From Candidatus Heimdallarchaeota archaeon (GTDB taxonomy: Archaea; Asgardarchaeota; Heimdallarchaeia; JABLTI01), in contig JAUWKS010000093.1 in the NCBI GenBank assembly GCA_030614005.1, positions 1 through 10,638 of the forward strand: a DNA stretch of 10,638 bases. The letters run 5' to 3'. Below the pieces are notes generated by a model. It worked only from the letters and a program-made list of their open reading frames with translations. It did no database searches and had not been told where the DNA came from. The number at the start of each line of letters is the position of its first letter. The first letter of the stretch is position 1. A program made the position numbers and the translations under genes. Positions 7,438 through 10,638 of the stretch are shown piece after piece.

Positions 7438-7513
7438 CAATAACGTCTCGTACTGGTGCGCTCGAAGAGCGACCACTTAAAGTGAGTGGTAGCACAGATA
7501 CGAATCGCCCACT
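7438..7513 (-). repeat. Degenerate integron attC-like stem-loop (solo site)
   Basis: Minus strand: AGTGGGC-GATTC-GTATCTGTGC...GCACCAGTAC-GAGAC-GTTATTG. Paired L boxes with an extra base at L'' position 4, two 5-nt spacers, R' starting GTT, and a central region with two sub-hairpins (CGCTC/GAGCG, ACCACT/AGTGGT). R'' has GGC instead of AAC. Confidence 0.45.
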
Positions 7514-7568
7514 AGGCAGAGCTTTGAGAGTATTCTAACATTGGTCTAATAATCATTACTTACAAAAA

Positions 7569-9014
7569 CTAATATTCAAGGATACTTTTCTTTGGACATT
7601 TTATTAAATCAAAAGGCGTAGATTTTCTTGTAGAACTTCCTTTCCTAATATAAATTAATTTGCTGGATTTAATTCGAACCCAAAACTCTTTGTTTTCATT
7701 TATATTTACAATAAACAATTGTTTTTTATCAATAGTTGTTGACTTCATTTGACAAATAACTGGTGGTTCAAGTTTATCACTACATAAATTTTGAATATGT
7801 GCGTCAAAATCACCTGGTGAATTGAATTGTGGTATTGGATTATACCCAATTATTTCTAAATCTTCATCTCTAACACCAAATATTATTAATCCACCAACAG
7901 CATTCGCTAACCCACAAACTTCTTGTATTATTTTTAGATCTTTTAAACTTTCAATATCATTTTCTTTTGCTGGATAAAATTGTTTGAATTCTGTTGTGAG
8001 ATCTTCACCATCGAGTATTCTCTTTCTTAGATTTTCTGGATTGTTAAGTAAAGGTTCTAAATTTTTATAATATTCAACAATTTTTTGAATCTTATTCTCT
8101 TCTTCAGAATCAGTATCATATAACCAACCTCGAATTTCATCAGGAATGAACTCTAACTCAATATCTTTCTCCAACTCATTCTTATTAAATTCAATATTAT
8201 AATGAGTGATTTCCAAAGGATCTAGTCTTTTAGCTTGTAGTTGAAGTAAGAGCTTCTCACTTTTGATTTTAACAATTTTAGTCTGTAATTTATTATCAAA
8301 AATATCAATCTTAACTTTCCCTCTATGTGATTTTGGAAATGTAAATAATAGTTTGTTTTTTAATATTGATCCATTTCCATGCAGATTTTTTTTAAATTTA
8401 TCAAAGACTAAATCATAAATAGTATAGTAGTAATTTTCCGTTATATTTTCTAACTCAATTAAACCATCTAAACTTATTTTACTCGCAGAAAAATCAATTA
8501 GATAATACATTGTTGTACTATCTTGTTCTTTAGAATAATCAATTGGACTTGTATATGAAGGCTTTAACTTGGTAAAACAGTTGAGATTATTGAGTAAGAT
8601 ATCATAATGTGCAATTCTACTAGAAGCTAAATCCGAATTATATAGAATTTTGAGAACTTCTTTTTCTTCATATTTAGAGAATATTTCCAGAATAGTCTCT
8701 TCATCTTTTTTTTCTTTCTGTTTCATAATCTGTACTTGTCGATAGTAATGACATATTGATAGGAATTTAATCAACTCAGATGTATCTATTAGTCTAGATA
8801 TAAACTGTAAATAATAAGGATAATACGTTTTAATTTCATTAGTGAGATTTAATTCATCTTTTTCTTTTATTGCATTAATCTCTCCATAAATAACATGATT
8901 TTTATCCAACATATCTAAATTTCTATGAAGTAATATTTTCAACCAAAACTTGAATCCTTCATCTCTAAAATTCCTAATCTCGATAATTAGATCATCTATT
9001 GTATAGTCTTCCAT
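7569..9014 (-). CDS. Protein with an unknown N-terminal region and a C-terminal Schlafen/AlbA_2 domain
   Basis: ILDGEDLTTEFKQF, EVCGLANAVGGLIIFGVRD and IYIRKGSSTRK are typical AlbA_2 motifs; E337, E342 and D383 are present. Confidence 0.85.
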   Translation of the reverse strand: MEDYTIDDLIIEIRNFRDEGFKFWLKILLHRNLDMLDKNHVIYGEINAIKEKDELNLTNEIKTYYPYYLQFISRLIDTSELIKFLSICHYYRQVQIMKQKEKKDEETILEIFSKYEEKEVLKILYNSDLASSRIAHYDILLNNLNCFTKLKPSYTSPIDYSKEQDSTTMYYLIDFSASKISLDGLIELENITENYYYTIYDLVFDKFKKNLHGNGSILKNKLLFTFPKSHRGKVKIDIFDNKLQTKIVKIKSEKLLLQLQAKRLDPLEITHYNIEFNKNELEKDIELEFIPDEIRGWLYDTDSEEENKIQKIVEYYKNLEPLLNNPENLRKRILDGEDLTTEFKQFYPAKENDIESLKDLKIIQEVCGLANAVGGLIIFGVRDEDLEIIGYNPIPQFNSPGDFDAHIQNLCSDKLEPPVICQMKSTTIDKKQLFIVNINENKEFWVRIKSSKLIYIRKGSSTRKSTPFDLIKCPKKSILEY

Positions 9015-9103
9015 GAAGAATAGTTGTTGGAATGAAGTTAAATAAATTTCTCTTACAAAATTCTAACAAATAATGGAAACTAGAAGAAAATCCCTCTTAC
9101 AAA

Positions 9104-9385
9104 TTATTTCCACTTCCTACTATCATTAGGAGTAGTCAGACGAGGGACTTGAATGACCTCACCACAACTAGGACAGGCGAAATGAAGGTAAGTAAAATCT
9201 CGCTTAACGTAGATGAATAGATTAAATTGACCACATTTAGTACAGAGGCGCATAGTTTTTTGTAACTCTCGAATTTCATACCGTAAGAATAATGCCTTCT
9301 TTTTTCGGTCGTCTTCCGTTTCTCTCCAAGGGGGATGATAGGAACCATGGGACATAAGTAGATCACATTTGGAAAATGGATCCAT
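9104..9385 (-). CDS. Small Zn-ribbon protein, paralogue of 7141-7392
   Basis: RELQKTMRLCTKCG...FACPSCGEVI...TTPNDSRKWK; start could be a later Met. Confidence 0.7.
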   Translation of the reverse strand: MDPFSKCDLLMSHGSYHPPWRETEDDRKKKALFLRYEIRELQKTMRLCTKCGQFNLFIYVKRDFTYLHFACPSCGEVIQVPRLTTPNDSRKWK

Positions 9386-9426
9386 CTCATTAAATTGGCT
9401 AGCTTAAAGAGATACAAGAAAGTATT

Positions 9427-9444
9427 CATTTAGAGCTTTAAATA
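9427..9444 (-). promoter_or_regulatory. TATA-containing motif upstream of Zn-ribbon gene 2
   Basis: Minus strand TATTTAAAGCTCTAAATG, about 42-59 nt before the ATG at 9385; matches 7030-7047. Confidence 0.45.
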
Positions 9445-9928
9445 GTTAAATACCATATACTCTAATGAAGAATGATCTATTCTTCAAATCCCTTATACCT
9501 CTCTCTATATAAATAAATAACTCCCTTTTCCTGTGACGGGGGCTCCTCTCTGCTCTCATCCTGTTTAAAATGCTCAAGTCAATATGGAAGTTACTTATTT
9601 GAGAATTGATCAATTATTGTCCATGTATGACTCTCCCATTTTTCCATTAAAAGACACTAATTGTGAGTGAGTATAATAGATGAAAAAAAATCTAATGAGA
9701 AACAGCGATATCCAAAAACAATTGAAAAACAGTTCATTAGTGGACGGGGCTTCTCAATCTGAAAACCCCATCCCATTTTTCCGTCTTCTTCTGTCGGGAG
9801 TGGAGAAGCGTGAAACATATTCACTTCTCACAAAGAAACACTAAGACTTTCCATTATTTGATATTCTCTGGAAAAATTCTGACAAAAATTAGAAGCTTAA
9901 AAAAATAAAGATAAGAAAAGATTTCTTA

Positions 9929-10585
9929 TCAGTAATAGAATGTAGTATAGAAATCTGCTTTCACAAAATCTATATGATTCGCACCAAAGTACATATCTGA
10001 AGTAGCAACGCTCCAAGTCGTATGCCAAAGAGCAATTGTACATTCCAAGTAATAATCGGTTGATGTTGATAGTGAAGCAGTGCTAACATAGTGGCTCACT
10101 GTTTGTGTATCATAATTAAAGCTGGAAGAATAAGAATATGTTTTTGACATGTCATAAATTTTAGATGATCCTGACATATGATAAAGTCCATAGCAAAAAT
10201 TTAAAACATTACTTTGATCTTTAGTAAATGTTCCACTGATTTCCCAGTAGACTTTCAATCCATAACTCTTGTCATAAGAAAACGTCCAAGGACTGTTGTC
10301 ATTAATTCCGCCATTGACGTAACTACGGGCTATTGCACTTGAGAGCCATCCACCAGTAGAAGTATACAATTTAATATTACTGACACTACCATGGGTTGCA
10401 TAAGCAATTCCACCCCATTCACTATTTGTATAATGGGCATGTGATGCATCATCATCCAGATATCGATAGAAATGTACTACTTCAGGAGGAGGTCTAGCTT
10501 GTACTGTTAAGGCTACAGTAAAGCTCGATAAAAACACTAATATTATACCAATTGAAAGTATTTGTTTTCTTCCCATTTTTTTCAC
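9929..10585 (-). CDS. Secreted hypothetical protein, Ser/Thr/Tyr-rich and probably all-beta
   Basis: Basic N-terminus, hydrophobic core ILSIGIILVFLSSFTVAL and VQA cleavage motif; no other TM helix. Confidence 0.75.
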   Translation of the reverse strand: MKKMGRKQILSIGIILVFLSSFTVALTVQARPPPEVVHFYRYLDDDASHAHYTNSEWGGIAYATHGSVSNIKLYTSTGGWLSSAIARSYVNGGINDNSPWTFSYDKSYGLKVYWEISGTFTKDQSNVLNFCYGLYHMSGSSKIYDMSKTYSYSSSFNYDTQTVSHYVSTASLSTSTDYYLECTIALWHTTWSVATSDMYFGANHIDFVKADFYTTFYY

Positions 10586-10638
10586 CTATATTCTTTTTCA
10601 AAGAATGTTAATTATAGATAATTGAAATGTGAATAAAA

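Larger units (their letters stand above)
6985..10638. mobile_element. Putative accessory island downstream of tRNA-Tyr (no integrase visible; right end not in window)
   Basis: Switch from conserved genes to hypothetical, defence-like and secreted genes; long intergenic gaps; visibly AT-richer Schlafen gene; attC-like site. No duplicated tRNA 3' end found. Confidence 0.4.

Noticed and set aside
7445-7530. Hammerhead or other small ribozyme in the GC-rich three-way junction
   Set aside because: No CUGANGA/GAAA core and no convincing pseudoknot seen; attC-like geometry fits better.
9136-9429. 97-aa alternative-frame ORF over Zn-ribbon gene 2
   Set aside because: No motif; the overlapping frame has clear paralogy to 7141-7392.
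9535-9543. CGGGGGC as a duplicated tRNA 3' end (attR)
   Set aside because: Only 7 nt match to 6971-6977; no T-loop or acceptor continuation.
9680-9844. 54-codon plus-strand ORF (MKKNLMRNSD...), and an antisense 53-codon ORF in the same gap
   Set aside because: Short, no recognisable motif or SD, and overlapping repeats; cannot be supported.
1-10638. CRISPR array, IS/transposase, integrase, Sec/Pyl readthrough
   Set aside because: No regularly spaced repeats, no DDE or tyrosine recombinase motifs, and no convincing coding continuation past any TGA or TAG stop examined.

Overview
AT-rich archaeal chromosome segment, most likely from an Asgard archaeon. This is inferred from a ribophorin I-like gene, a stand-alone longin-like gene and a C1-G72 tRNA-Tyr with a bulge-helix-bulge (BHB) intron. 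The left part (1-6984) is housekeeping: 3' part of a ribophorin I homologue, a WbpD-like sugar N-acetyltransferase, two small membrane proteins, an archaeal/CDKAL1-type MtaB methylthiotransferase, a PHP hydrolase, a DUF354 GT-B protein, an archaeal Prx6-type peroxiredoxin, a longin-like protein and tRNA-Tyr(GUA). The right part (6985-10638) looks like an accessory island next to the tRNA: two convergent paralogous Zn-ribbon genes with a shared upstream motif bracket a degenerate attC-like stem-loop and an AT-rich Schlafen/AlbA_2 gene, followed by a secreted protein. The most striking observation is the 61-nt tRNA-Tyr intron. It folds into a K-loop-capped hairpin whose flanks pair with the tRNA's own anticodon arm and leave U35-A36 unpaired, as in an H/ACA pseudouridylation pocket. 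It is therefore a candidate intron-encoded guide RNA for Psi35 of its host tRNA. All calls were made by eye; no searches or folding programs were run.
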